A stretch of 64,000 nt of DNA from Mobula hypostoma (lineage: Eukaryota), in NCBI RefSeq assembly GCF_963921235.1, contig NC_086108.1, forward strand, positions 70,310,001-70,374,000, given 5' to 3'. The notes beneath the pieces are model-generated. The model saw nothing but the letters and a program-made list of their open reading frames with translations. It was not told the DNA's origin and made no database searches. Shown here piece by piece: positions 39,701-52,995 of the stretch. Each line of letters starts with the position of its first letter. Positions within the stretch are counted from its first letter, which is position 1. Made by a program: the position numbers and the translations under genes.

Positions 39701-40659
39701 GACTTGGATTAAGGTCAGACCACATTTTGATGAATGCAGAAAACCAAGTAATTGCAAGAGGTTCACAAACTTTTTCTTGCAACTGTATATAAAGAGTAAA
39801 AGAGAGACAAGAATGGATATTGAATTGCTGGAAAATGACACTGGAGAGGTAGTAATGGGGGGACCAAGAAATAACAAACGAATTTAATAAGTATTTTGTG
39901 TCGGTTTTCTCTGTGGAAGACACCAGCAGTATACTAGAATAGAAATTCAAGGGAAGAGGTGAGTATAAGGTGAAGGTGCTTGGGAAGCTGAAGGGTCTGA
40001 AGGCAGATAAACCACCTGGACCAGATGGACCACACCCCAGGGTTCTGAAAGAAGTAGTTGAAGAGATTGTGGAGACATTAGTAGTGATCATTGACAGAAC
40101 ACTAGATTCTGGAATGGTTTCAGATGACTGGAAAATTGCAAATCTCACTCCACTCAGAGAAGGGAGGGAGGCAGAAGGAAAGCCTGACTTCAGACGTTGT
40201 GAAGATGATGGAGTCCATTATTAAGGATGCGGCTTCAGGGTAGTTGGAGGCACATGATAAAATAGGTCAAAAGCAGCACAGTTTTCTTTAAGAGGCAGTC
40301 TTGCCTGACTAATCTGTTGGAATTCTTTGAGGAAGTAACAGGCAAGATAGACAAAGGAGAGTTGGTGGATGTTGTTTACTTGGAATTTCACAAGGCCTTC
40401 GACAAAGTGCTGCACATAAGGCTGCTTAACAAGATAGGAGCTTGTGGTATTGCAGGAAAAATACTAGCGTGGATAGGAGATTAGTCAGAGGCATCGAGTG
40501 GGAATAAAGAGGAGTCTTCTCTGGTTGGGTGCCAGTGACTAGTAGTGTTCCACATGGATTGGTGTTGAGTCAGCTTTTTATTATATGTCAATGATGGAAT
40601 TGACGGCTTTATGACCAACTTTGCGGACAGTATGAAGATAAGATCCTGGGATATATTGG

Positions 40660-41185
40660 TGCATTACATAGAAGATACAGCAACAGCTATATTTCATTAG
40701 GAGTTTGAGGAGAATTGGTATGTCTTCAAAGACATTTGCAAATTTCTACAAATGTATCTTGGAGACCATTCTAACTGTTTGCATCACCGTATGGTGTGGA
40801 GGAGCCACTGCACAGGATTGGTAAAAGCTGCAGAAAGTGGTAAACTTGGCCGGCACCATCATGGGCACTAGCCTCCCCAACATCCAGGACACCTTGAAAA
40901 AGCGATGCCTCAAAAGGTGGCATCAATCATTAAGGACCCCCATCACCTCTTCTCATTGCTACCATCAAGGAGGAGTTACAGGAACCTGAAGACACACTCA
41001 GTATTTCATGAAGAACTTCTTCCTGTCTTCTGTCAGATTTCTGAAGAGATGATGAACACTTCCTCAGTATATTTTTTCTCCCCTTTTTGCATTAACTTTT
41101 TAATTTTTTTGTATATACTTTTTGTTATAGTTTTTATTACTATATACTACAATGTACTGTTGCTGCAAAACAACTAATTTCAGAA
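40660..41185 (+). mobile_element. Rex1-like LINE 3' fragment
   Basis: ASIIKDPHHLFSLLPSRRSYR motif and the characteristic tail. Confidence 0.75.
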
Positions 41186-41232
41186 TTTTTTACTAATCTT
41201 AATATTACTATTTAAAAAATATATAAATATTT

Positions 41233-43234
41233 TAAATATAATTTTTATTGAGTTTTCAAAGTAAATACATGAGAAAAAAAATCTACCCTCCCCCCTCCCC
41301 TTAACCCTCACCCCCCCCGATATATACTCCTTCTAAAGAGAAAAGAAAAAAAAACCGCCTGAGTATTGGAAGGTTTGCACATGCTCCATGGGATTAAAAA
41401 TAAATTTTATATATATTTGTTACCTTCCCCAAGGAACCAAGATCTTTATCATCGGAGCTGTAAATAAAGGCTCCAAATATTCAAAAATGTTTCATATTTA
41501 TCTCTTAAAGTCTAAAACATTACTTAGCTACTCAACTCTCATAGTTCCCTGGGGAATCTCTTTGAACTTCACCATGTTGCTATGTGTTTCCCTCCCAATC
41601 ATCCAGGCAAAAAAAGAAAAAAAAGAGATAAGATACAAAAAAAAGAAAAAACAAAATACCCCCCCCCCACTAATGTTGTGAATGAAAAGATACACAACAC
41701 TACCCCACTCCATTGTGCGGGTCGTGGCTATTGCCACGTTTGTACACATGGATAACGTAGCGATCGGACAGTGTTTCTTCCAGCTCCCCCGTAACAAAAA
41801 ATTGTATATATATTTTAAAAAATGTCATTATTCCCAGCTAATATTCCTCAAATTTTAACCTTTCTTCCCCTTCCTCATATAATTAATAATATATTTATAT
41901 ATTCATCCGCCTAAAAATCCAACAGGCCTAATCCTTGATCCAGTCTTCATCTTCAATCCATCTCAGTCCCCTGGGTTTGTTCTTGTATCTGGTGAATATT
42001 CAAAGAATCTCGTACAAACTCCTCTGCTTTCCGGTAATCGTCAAAACATCTTTTTTCTCCACCAGGCAGAAAAATCTTCAAGGTTGCAGGATAACGCAAT
42101 ATAAATTGATAACCGTGATCCCACAGGGCTTTTTTCACTGGATTAAATTTCTTCCTTTTCTTCAAAAGTTCATAACTTATGTCAGGGTAAAAAAAAATTT
42201 ACTTTCCTTTTATCATCAGTGGCCCTTTTCTCTTCTTGGCAGCTTGGGCAGCCGCCTGTAGAATCCTTTCTTTGTCTTGAAATCTTAAGAATTTTATTAA
42301 AATTGATCGTGGATGTTGGTCATCTTGTGGTTTTGGTCTTAGAGCTCTATGTACCTGCTCAATTTCAATTGATCGGTCTTCCTCTTTCATTTGCAAGGTT
42401 TTCGGGATCCATCATTGAAAAAATTCTATTGGATTATCTCCCTCTATACCTTCTTTAAGACCAACAATTTTAACATTGTTACGTCTACTAAAATTTTCCA
42501 ACACATCCACTTTCTCCAAGAGTCGATTTCTTTCCGTATTCTAGACAAGCACATCATTTTCTGTTTTTTCCACTCTATCGTTAATATGCTCCATTGTTCT
42601 TTCTATCTTCTGAAGTTTCTTATCCATTTTATCCTGTCTTTTCATAGCTTTATCATAGCAGATCTTCACGTCTCTAAGCTCTGTTCTTAATTTTCTTAGT
42701 TCAGCTGTTAATTGCAATAAAGCCTCTCTTATGTCTCCGTCGTCTCCTTTACTTCCAGTCTCTTCCAGGTCTTCCTCCTCTTCTTCATCTGTATTCTCTG
42801 CGGTATCCAATTCTGACTGAGTCGTTTTCAGTTGCGGTGGCCGTCGGTTCTTGTAGTTTAAGTTGTGTCGATTTGCGCATGTGTACTTCTTTGCGCATGC
42901 GCAATTCCAGCATCTTCCGAGAGGCCGCTACCGCCGCCATTGCTCCCTGTTCTTCTACGCCAGAGATAAAATATGTCTCCTCCGAAGGAGATCCAACCTG
43001 AATCCGAGGCTCCATCGCTGCAGTAGGCCCTTTTTTCTTCCCATCTCGCGGCGACTTCACAACAACAGACTTCTTCTGTTGCGGTTTACGAGGCATATCG
43101 TAGAGTAGTCTTACGAAGTTTATCAGTAGTTTTCGGAAAGTATTAACTTCACTTTGTTTAAACGGTACTTTGCTGATTTTTTACGGGAGAGCTGGATTTA
43201 CACGTCTCAATCCCACGTCATCACGTGACGCCCC
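41233..43234 (-). mobile_element. 2.0-kb L1-derived element with ORF1 only (HAL1-like)
   Basis: 15-bp TSD aatatataaatattt at 41218-41232 and 43235-43249. ORF1 motifs (RRNNVKIVGL, EIEQVHRAL, FILRYPATLKI) at 43096-41953. Only about 20 C-terminal ORF2 codons remain. Confidence 0.88.
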
Positions 43235-43359
43235 AATATATAAATATTTAATGTAATTCAGTCTTTTCCCTATATCTATCATGTATTGCACTGTACAGCT
43301 GCTGCAGAGTTAACAAATTTCATTACATATGTCGATGATATTATACGCAATTCTGATTT

Positions 43360-43775
43360 CTAATTGCATCAATACATTGTGCCCTGGATAGATCTTTGAT
43401 ACCAGGAACTTGAGACTGGTCACCCTTTCCACTGTTGATCCCGTGATGAGGACTGATGTGTGTTCCCTTGACTTCCCTGTCCTGAAGTCCACAATCAGTT
43501 CCTTGGTCTTACTGACGTTGAGTAAAGGTGGTTGTTGTGATACCACTTAACCATCTGATCTATCTCTCTCACGTACGCTTCCTCATCACCATCTGAAATT
43601 CTGCCAACAACAGTTGCTTCAACTGCAAATTTATAAATGGCGTTTGAGCTTGCCTGGCCACACATTTGTGGGTATAGAGAGAGTAGAGCTGTGGGTTAAG
43701 CACACATCCTTGAGGTGGGCCAGTGGTGACTGTCAGCATGAAGGAAATTTTATTTTTGATCTGCACTGACTGTAG
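43360..43775 (-). mobile_element. Rex1-like RT fragment
   Basis: TGPPQGCVLNPQLYSLYT, LNVSKTKELIVDFR. Confidence 0.8.
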
Positions 43776-45264
43776 CTGTTGCTGACAACAAAGATAGAAT
43801 TCTTGCTTTTCATTTAAAATCAATTCTTCAAATATTTCAAGAGTGCTCCCCCTCTGACTCTGATCCATAGAAAGAAAAGTCAAAGATTTGTCATCCACTT
43901 TCGTCTGTAGACACTGACATTTCAAAGTTGTCAGTGCTGGAGAATATATTGTGCTGTTGTTTAGTAGTGAGGGCCTGAAATTACAATTCTGACTCTACCT
44001 GTTTCTGAACCCAAGACAATACAGACCAACCAGAACATGGTGACCTTGCAGTCAAAACCATAACATTTTATTATACTTGCAATTCTATTATACTTTGTAG
44101 TTGTCACTGAAAATTTACCATCTAAATTAAAGAAGTGTTTTGAATCAAAATGAGCATTGAAAAGATGCTCTGAGTATCACAGTCATAGTTGTACAACAGA
44201 GAAACAAGACCTTTGGTCTGCAACTTCCATGGCAACCTTTTTGACCATCTTGTTTAAAGCTTATGCCTGAATCAAAAAGCTTGCATTGATATAACAGGTT
44301 CAGAAATTTTGTTACATGTTGACAGGTTGCCTGGATCTTACAGACCCTCTCATAACCTCACCTCATGTTGCATATGAAGATACCACCATCTCCCCATCTT
44401 TGTTAGGCTGCGCAGCTTTTCCAAGCGGGAAATTTTATCTGACTTGAGCGAATGACCATAAATAAATCTCTGGGCTCGGAGGGCTATGCAACCAAACAGA
44501 GGTGAGTAGTAGCTTCCATCACAAAAATCAAAGCAGTAGGCTCCACGTGGCTTGTCAACATGCGGAGCAGCTACATGCCGGCCCTTAGTCAATGTGCCAG
44601 CAAGGATGAGCCCCTTGCATCATCAGCTGCACAGCTTGCCTCAGCTCATCTAAAACAGCTGTCACAGCAATTACTTCACACTGATCCCTGGGTGATTTCG
44701 AACAAGAAGAATGTTATTGGAGTACACGGATTTGTATCTGGTTCCAACACAGTTTCTATTACTGCCTTCATGAACACTAGGCAAGTACTGGTGTAGGCAA
44801 AAACGTTGGACCTTGAAAAGAGATTCATGTCAGTTTAGGAAGGTAGGCAACTGGTTTTCACCATAATAAAACTTGAAAATATTGCTTTGACTGATCCAGT
44901 GTGAACTCTTAGGTTTTGTATTCTGTATTTATGTGTGTGCAGAAGGAATAGTGGTGTCTTTGGTTTTATGTGGTAATAATCCAGTTTCGATCCTTGCAGT
45001 TTTTTTTAGGACTTTAAAAAAAGATCCCCAGGTTGGAAAAGTAAGCCGTTGTTGTTCTATGATTATGTCGGAATGGGTAAGAGTAAAACCATAAGATGGC
45101 AGTCCCTTGAATTAGACAATGGATGTGAGGTGTTGTGTCAGAGGAGAAACATGGTTGTCAACAGAGAATTAGGAATTTTGCACATTAGTCACAGAATGTA
45201 GTTTGTAAACACTTTGGTGGTGAGGCTTTTCACTTACATTTTTTTTCTGATTGTTCTATTATCT

Positions 45265-47245
45265 TTTACACTTATCCCTTGAAAAGGACCCCACTCCAGA
45301 TTATCTGAATATTGTCGCTGACACCATCACTGACCTCATCAATTCTGGAGAACTCCCATCCACTGCCACCAAACTCAGATTCCTTGTCCTACACTGCTGG
45401 CTTCTACCTCCTACCCAAGGTCCACAAACCAGACTGTCTGTGTAGGCTATTGTCTCTGCCTGTTTCTGCCCCACTGAACACATAACCTCATACCTTGACT
45501 CTATTCTATCCCCCTTTGTTCAGTGCATTCCCACCTACAGATAAATCTGTAGCACTTCTCATGCTCTGGATCTCCTCAGTAACTTTCAGTTTCCTGGCCC
45601 TGATGGCCTCATTTTCACCAGGGATGTCTAGTCCCCATATGCTTCTATCCCCCATCAAGAAGGCCTTAAAATGCTCCATTTCTTACGCAAGACCCAACCA
45701 GTTCTTCTCCACCACCACCCTCCTCCATCTGGCAGAACTGGTCCTCACCCTCAACAATTTTTCCTTTGACTCGATGGGTAGCCGCGGGCACCTGCATGGG
45801 CCCCAGCTTTGCCTGCCTCTTGGTTGACTCTGTAGAACAGTCCATGTTCCAAGCCTTCCCTGGTAATGCTCTGCAGCTGTTCCTCCACTACATAGACGAT
45901 TGCATTACTGCTGCTTCTTGCATCTATGCTGAGCTCGTCAATCTTATCAACTTTGTCTCCAACCTCCAACCTGCCCTTAAATTCACTAGGTGCATTTCTG
46001 ATATCTCCCTCTGCTTTCTTGATCTTTGTCCCTATCTTTGGAGACACTGTCAACCGACATCTTTTATAATCCTACTGAGTCCCACAGTTTTCTTAACTAT
46101 ACATCTTTCCTCCCTGTCTCTTGTAGAAATGCTGTTCTATTTTCTCAGTTCCTTTGTCTCTACCACATCTGTTCCCAGGATGCAGCTTTCCTTTTCAGAA
46201 CATCAGAGATGTCTGCCTTCAAAGAATGGGGTTTCCATTCCTCCACCATAGATGCTGCTCTCACCATCTCTCCTCCATTTCCTGAACATCCACACTCACC
46301 CAATTTTCCTGCCAAGAGTGATGGTCTCTCCTGTCCTGACCTCCCACCCCAGAGCCTCCGCATCCAAGACAACATCCTCTGCAATTTCTGGCATTTTCAA
46401 AGGGGATCCAAACATATCTTACCCAGCAACCCCCCCCCCACCCCCGCTTTCCACAGGGATCTCTCCCCTCCGTAGATTCCCTTATTTATTGTCCTTCCCG
46501 GCACTTATCCCTGAGAGCAGCAAAAGTGCTATACCTTCCCATTCACCTCCTCCCTCACCTCCATTCAGGGCCCCGAGCAGTCCGTCCAGAAGAGGCACCA
46601 CTAACCTATGAATTTATTTGCTGGGGTCATCACCTGCAAATCTGCTGCTCCTGATGTCACCTCCTCTACATTGGTGAAACCCATCGTATATTGGGGGACT
46701 ACTTTGAGCACCTCTGCTCAGTGGCCAAACATTTTAATTCTGATACCTATTCCCATTCTAACATGTCAGTCCATGGCCTCTTCTTGTGCCAAGGTGAGGC
46801 CACCCTCTTGCTGGAAGAGCAACATCTTATATTCCATCTGGGTGGACTCCAACCTGATGGCATGAATATCGACTTCTCCTTCTGGTAAAAGAATTTTCTC
46901 TCCTTCTCCTCTTCTATTCCCCACTCTGGCCTCTTAACTCTTCTCACCTGCCTATCACCTCCTGGATCTCTTCCTCTTTCCATTTCTCCTATGGTCCACT
47001 CTCCTCTCCTATCAGATTCCTTCCTCTCCAATCTTTTATCTTTCATACCCACCAGGCTTCACCTATCACCTAGCTATCCTCCTTCCTCTCCGTCCCACCT
47101 TTTAATTTTGGCGTCTTCCCACTACTTTCCAGTCTCGAAGAAGGGTCTTGGCCTGAAACGTCAAATATTTATTCATTTCCATAGATGCTGCCTGCCTGAC
47201 AGCATTTTGTGTGCGCTGCTTTGGATTTCCAGCATCTGCAGTCTT
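45265..47245 (+). mobile_element. Decayed Penelope-like element (RT, GIY-YIG, tail)
   Basis: GTCMGPSFACL, FLHYIDD; colinear with the 2048-3570 copy; decayed hammerhead at 47131-47166. Confidence 0.88.
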
Positions 47246-47904
47246 TCTTGAGTTTACTTGCCACAACACTTAAGCAAGTGAATTCCAGGTATCTGTTCCA
47301 GAAGGAACATTTTCAGTTAGCTTGTTTTACCCCTTTTCCTATTGGCTAAAATCTTCATCTGCTTTGTGTCTACCTATTTCACCAGTGCCTAGTGTAAACT
47401 GTCACATTCAGTTTATTGTCAACTTTGGATTTGTGTTATTTTATTCCAGTCCATGTCCTCACTTTAAAAAGACACTGCTCCAGTCTGGAAATTAGTTATC
47501 TACCATTTTTATGTGGTCATTTATCACACTCTGATGGCAAAATGTCAAGTTGCTCTTCCATCTAATGCTGCAGTGTAAAGTAATAAAGTTGTTTTCATTA
47601 TTGCTTCCAAATTTGCCCATGATCTACTGGATACCATTTTTGCAATCCTTAAGGTTTTCTTCTGATTCAATAATCTAACTTTATTTGCATTTTTTCTTTT
47701 GCATCCTTTAGAGTTTTCAGTCATCTGTTAATCTCCCCTTTTTGACCTCTTTGAAGTGCTTTCTCAAAGCCATCTGCTTTTGTTTCAACTTGTTTATTGA
47801 GACTTAGTACCTATAAATCCAAATTATTACCTTTTTAAATCAAGATCACTTTAATTAAAATCATCCTATACTACCTTGTGGAAGTAGTGCATCTTCACCT
47901 ACAT

Positions 47905-48669
47905 CAGGGGTCCCCAACCTTTTTTGCACTGTGGACTGGTTTAATATTGACAATATTCTTGCGGACTGAGGGGAGAGTGTTCAAGTAGGGTTAAATTCTT
48001 CTCAACGTGTCTTTTACAGTTAAGGTTGCCAACTTTCTCGCTCCCAAATAAGGGACAAAGGTAGCAGTCAAATCCCGGGACACTTTACCCCAGGAAAGAT
48101 TACCATGACCAAGAAGGCTTGCGTGGGCACCTGTGTGCGCATGCGTGACGTATGCATGTGATGTGCGTATGTGCGTAGGTGCCGATTTTTTTTTTCCCCA
48201 CAAATCGGTTTTGCCTTCATCTTCCCGACTATACTGTACATACGTTATTTCTACTTTATATAGGCTGTGTATTTATCATATCATTCCTGCTTTTACTCTA
48301 TGTTAGTGTTATTTATTTTCGGTTTTATTTGTTATTTGGTATGATTTTTTAGTTTATTTTTTGGGTCTGGGAACGCTCAAAAATTTTTCCCATATAAATT
48401 AATGGCTTCTTCGCTTCACGCCATTTCGACACGAAAGGTTTCATAGAAATGCTCTACCTTGGGAGAAATACGGGACAAGAGCGGTCTCATATGGGACAAA
48501 TCAATTTCGCCCAATATACGGGATGTCCTGGCAAATACGGGACAGTTGGCAACCCTATGTTCAAGTTCAACAGTGCGTGACAGGGAATGAGGAAAGGTGC
48601 TGCTGACTCATATGGTTTCCTCACGGCTCGGTAGCACATGCCTTGCAGCCCTGTGGTTGGGGACCACTG
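47905..48669. mobile_element. Composite hAT-type MITE
   Basis: TIR CAGGGGTCCCCAACC / GGTTGGGGACCACTG with 8-bp TSD acctacat/acttacat. Internal element 47986-48557 (TAGGGTT...AACCCTA) has its own 8-bp TSD tgttcaag. Confidence 0.88.
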
Positions 48670-49814
48670 ACTTACATGAATTTTAGTTGTTTTATTGAGC
48701 ATTTGGTTGTTCAAGGTCAACCTGAGGTGCTGTATTTTCAACAAGCTGTCCAATTATTTATTCTAATGAACAGTCCTTATATCTGCATCTCGCAGAGACC
48801 AAGGGAGCTAAAAGTTCCTGCAGTTCGTTAATTATAGGTTACAATTGTTTATATTATACAGCCATAATTAGCAAAAGAACTGTTTAAAATCATTTCAACT
48901 CTGCTAAAGCTAGCAGAAGCTAACTATGGGCTGTTCTGACTCTTAGAAGATAAGACTACCCCTAAAAGTCTCTCTTCTCTTCCCCCCTGCCCCCCTTACA
49001 ATGTTTCATCTACCTTTATTTTTTTGCTGACTGGATCTTAAGAACATCTTTATGTGTGAAAGATTGACCATCAAAAACCATGGTCTATGTCATACATTAT
49101 GATCTCAGCAGTCTGCAGCATTTATAGCATCGAGACACAAGACTGCAGATTTTGTAAACAACTAAGTTCCTTCAATTTTTTGTAACATTTTAATTTTTCA
49201 TTCTACAATTAATTTTCAATTGTTTTGTCAGTTCAGATTTCTTTATAGTTCCCTTTGATTCAGGAGTAACATTTATAAACCTTTAATTCCTTCTCAAGCT
49301 TTGGTTCTTTGCCATCTTGCTATTGAATATTTTAAGATATAAGGCCGTGTAAAGAATGGTTTTTCTTGATACACCCCCAGATCTAGCCGTTTTCATGCTA
49401 TATTCATTTCAAACCCTTTTCCCATTTTAAAATTTGAGTTGGATCTATTATTTTGCTACTAAAATTAAGTATTCAAAACAACAGATCATTGGTTACAAGA
49501 AGCATTTTAAATGCTTTTTCTCAGAAAATCCTCATTCTGTTGATTTTCCCTTTGGAGATTTTTTTTATATTCATGTGCAGCATTTTGAACTATCCCATTT
49601 GATACCGTACTCCAGCGAATTGCATGATGGCCCAAGATCCTATCAATACCCCTCATTATTCTTTTTATTTTGCGTTATTTATTTATTTATTTATTTTTAT
49701 AATTGTGACAATTTTATGCTACTGCCGCAAAGCACCAAAATGTTGCCATAGAAATCAGGTGATAATAAATCTGATCCTAATTTGAAATTCAGTTTTTAAA
49801 AAAATATTTTTTAG

Positions 49815-52125
49815 AGTCATAGAAAAAGTACAGCACACAAATGGACCCTTTGGCCCATCTGTCCATTTGAACCATGTAAACTTTCTACTTCAATCAACCT
49901 GCACCAGGACCGTCATCCTTCTTACCGCTACCATCCATGTACCTCACCAACTTTTCTTATGTTGAAGTCGAGCTCTGGCAGCTCATTCCACACTCTCATG
50001 ACCCTCTGGGTGAAGAAGTTTTCCCTCATGTTCCCCTTAAACTTTTCACCTTTCCCCCTCCCATGGCTTCTGGTTGTAGTCCCACCCAACCTCAGTAGAA
50101 AAAGCCTGCTTGCATTTACCCTATCTATACCCCTCATAATTTTGTATACCTCTATCAGATCTTCTCTCAATCTTTTACATTCCAAGGAATAAAGTCCTGA
50201 CCTATTCAGTCTTTGCTTATAACTTGGGTCCTCCAGACCCAGCAACATCCTGGTACATTTTCTCTATATTCTTTCAACCTTATTTACATCTTTTCTGTAG
50301 GGAGGTGACCAAACATACACCCAATGCTCCAAGTTAATCCTCACCAATGTTTTATACAACTTCAACACAACACCCCATCTCCTGTACCATAGGAGATGTG
50401 CCATAAGCATTCTTTATAACCCTATCTACCTGTGATGCCACTTTCAATGGATTATGGATTGTATTCCCAGATCCTTTTGTTCTACCACACTCCTCAGTGC
50501 ACTACTATCCACTGTGTAAGATCTACTCTGGTTGGTCCTACCGAAGTGCAACACCTTGCACTTGTGTGCATTAAATTCCATCTGCCATTTTTTTCAGCCC
50601 GCTTTTCCAGCTGGTCCAGATCCCGCTGCAAGATACGATAGCCTTCCTCATTGTCCACTGTACCGCAGTCTTGGTTTCATCCTCAGATTTGCTGATCCAG
50701 TTGACTACGTTATCATCCAGATCATTGATAGAAATGACAAACAACAACTGACCCAACACTGATCCCTGCAGCACTCCACTAGTCACAGGCCTCCAGTCAG
50801 AGAGGCAACTATTTACTACCACTCTCTGGCTTCTCCCAAAAAGCCAGTGTCTAATCCATTTTACTACCTCATCTTGAATGCCAAGTGACTGAACCTTTTT
50901 GACCAACCTCCCATGTGGGACTTTGTCAAATGCTTTACTAAAGTCCATGTAGACAACATTCACTGATTTACCTTCTTCAACTTTCCTGGTAACTTCCCCA
51001 AAAAGCTCTATAAGATTGTTCAGACATGACCTACCATGTATAAAGTCATGCTGACTATCCTTAATCAGTTCACATCTATCCAAATATTTATATATCCAGT
51101 CCCTCAGAATTCCAATAACTTTCCCACTATTGATGTCAGGCTCACCGGCCTATAATTTCATGGATTATTTTTAGAGCCTTTCTTGAACAGCGGAACAACA
51201 TTGGCTATCCTCCAATCCTCTGGTACCTCACCTGTCACTAAGGATGATTTAAGTATCTCTGCTAGGGTCTCAGCAATTTCTGCTCTTGCCTCCTGCAGCG
51301 TCAAGCCCTGAGAATATATTCACTCTAATTTGCCAAAGGACAGCAAGCACTACCTCCTCTGTAAACTGTATAGGGTCCATGAATATTGCCACTTTGCCTC
51401 AACTCTATAGACTCTGTCTGTGTCCTGAGTAAATACAGGTGTAAAAAGGTCTTCATTGCTTTTGGCTCCATACATAGATTACCATTCTGATCTTCCAGAG
51501 GACCAATTTGTCCCTTGCAATTCTTTTGCTCTTAAGATATCTGTAGACTCCCTTAATATTCTCCTTCACCTTGCCTGCTGGGGCAACCTCATGCCTCCTT
51601 TTCGTCCACCTGATATATTTCTCTTGCACTTCTTGTACTCTATAAGCACCCCATTTGCTCCTACCAGCCTATACCTGCTGTGTGCCTCCATTTTTTTCTT
51701 TACCGGGGCTTCTATATCTCTTGAAAACCAAGGTTCCCCACACCTGTTATTTTTACCTTTTATTCTGACAGGCACATTCAAAATTTCACTTTTGAAGGCC
51801 TCCCACTTACTACGTACGATTTTGCCAGAAAACACCCTGTCCTGATCCACATTTGCCAGATCTTTTCTGATACACAAAATTAGCCTTTCTCCAATTTAGA
51901 ATCTCAACCAACAGACCAGACCTGTCTTTCTGCATATTTACTTTGAAACTAATGGCATTGTGATCAGTAGATTCAAAGTTTTCCTCTCTGTAAACTTCTG
52001 TCATCTGCCCTGTCTCATCCCCTCACAAGCTCTCATTGGGATTTTTACATACTGATTAAGGAAACTTCCCTGAAAACTTTTGACAAACTATCCTATGTAA
52101 TCCTTTTACAGTATGGAAGTCCCAT
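49815..52125 (-). mobile_element. CR1 ORF2 fragment
   Basis: YMDFSKAFDKVPHGRL, GLYSLECKRLREDLIEVYK. Confidence 0.9.
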
Positions 52126-52285
52126 TTTCTTGTTCATTTGTCTGGGAGAGTTGGGGAGTTCCAGGAAATTGTACTTGCATTCTTATATTTGGTACTGTTT
52201 GACCTGTTCAATTGTTTTAATGTGCTAAATTTCACTTCCTCCAGAGTTTCACTTCCATACTTTAGTAAACAATATTTTCATTTTA

Positions 52286-52995
52286 CTTTCTTTCTTTTTC
52301 AATCTTTTTATTAGTTTCAGCATCATATACATTGCAGAAAAATAGATACAGAGAAATTGGGATTACATAATTGAAAAAATAGTTTATACAAATATAACCT
52401 CAATTGACACATAATTCACGAGCCCCCCAAAATCTCGGAAAATACAGTTCTAATATCAGGAAATATATGATAAAAATGGAAAAAATATGAAAAAAGAGGG
52501 GAAAAAAAAGAAAAAAAATTTCCCCCAAAAAAGAAAAAAAAAATCTAAACCAACTAAAGAAAAACCAAACTAACAAAAAGAAAAAGAATGGGCTATTATG
52601 ATACCTCAGGTAAGACCATTAGTGTCATTAACTCTGCTCCTCTCCCCGTATATAGAATAACAAAGTAGAATTGGAAAGGGTCAAATTACGTCATATGAAA
52701 GTATTGAATAAATGGTCTCCAAATCTCTTCAAATTTAATAGAAGGGTCGTAAATGACACTTCTAATTTTTTCTAAATTTAAACAAGTCAGAGTTTGCGAA
52801 AACCATTGAAATGTTGTAGGAGGATTAATCTCTTTCCAATTCAATAGTATAGATCTTCTAGCCATTAGTGTAACAAAAGCAATCATCTGACAAGCTGAGG
52901 GAGTCAGATGATGTTGTTCTATCATTGGTAAACCAAAGATAGCAGTAATAGAATCAATAGTCAGAACAGTTGAAATAATATCTAAGATATCGTCA
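52286..52995 (-). mobile_element. 5'-truncated L1 3' end
   Basis: ORF2 C-terminus LNLEKIR...FEEIWRPFIQYF, A-rich tail, probable 9-bp TSD ttcatttta. Confidence 0.85.

Larger units (their letters stand above)
31297..39785 (+). mobile_element. Tc1-like DNA transposon, internally deleted and interrupted by CR1 insertions
   Basis: TIRs (c/a)agttgcaagaaaaagtttgtgaac and gttcacaaactttttcttgcaactg with TA TSD. Catalytic-domain pieces MQSDNDLKH (~31705) and [18 protein letters not shown] (~34070). Confidence 0.92.
29645..40640 (+). mobile_element. Old CR1 (segments 29645-31296 and 39786-40640) hosting the nested cluster
   Basis: Esterase ORF1 remnant, then ORF2. The reading ...DTKSFFRY|IKSKRETRMDI... 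is contiguous across the Tc1 insertion. Confidence 0.85.
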
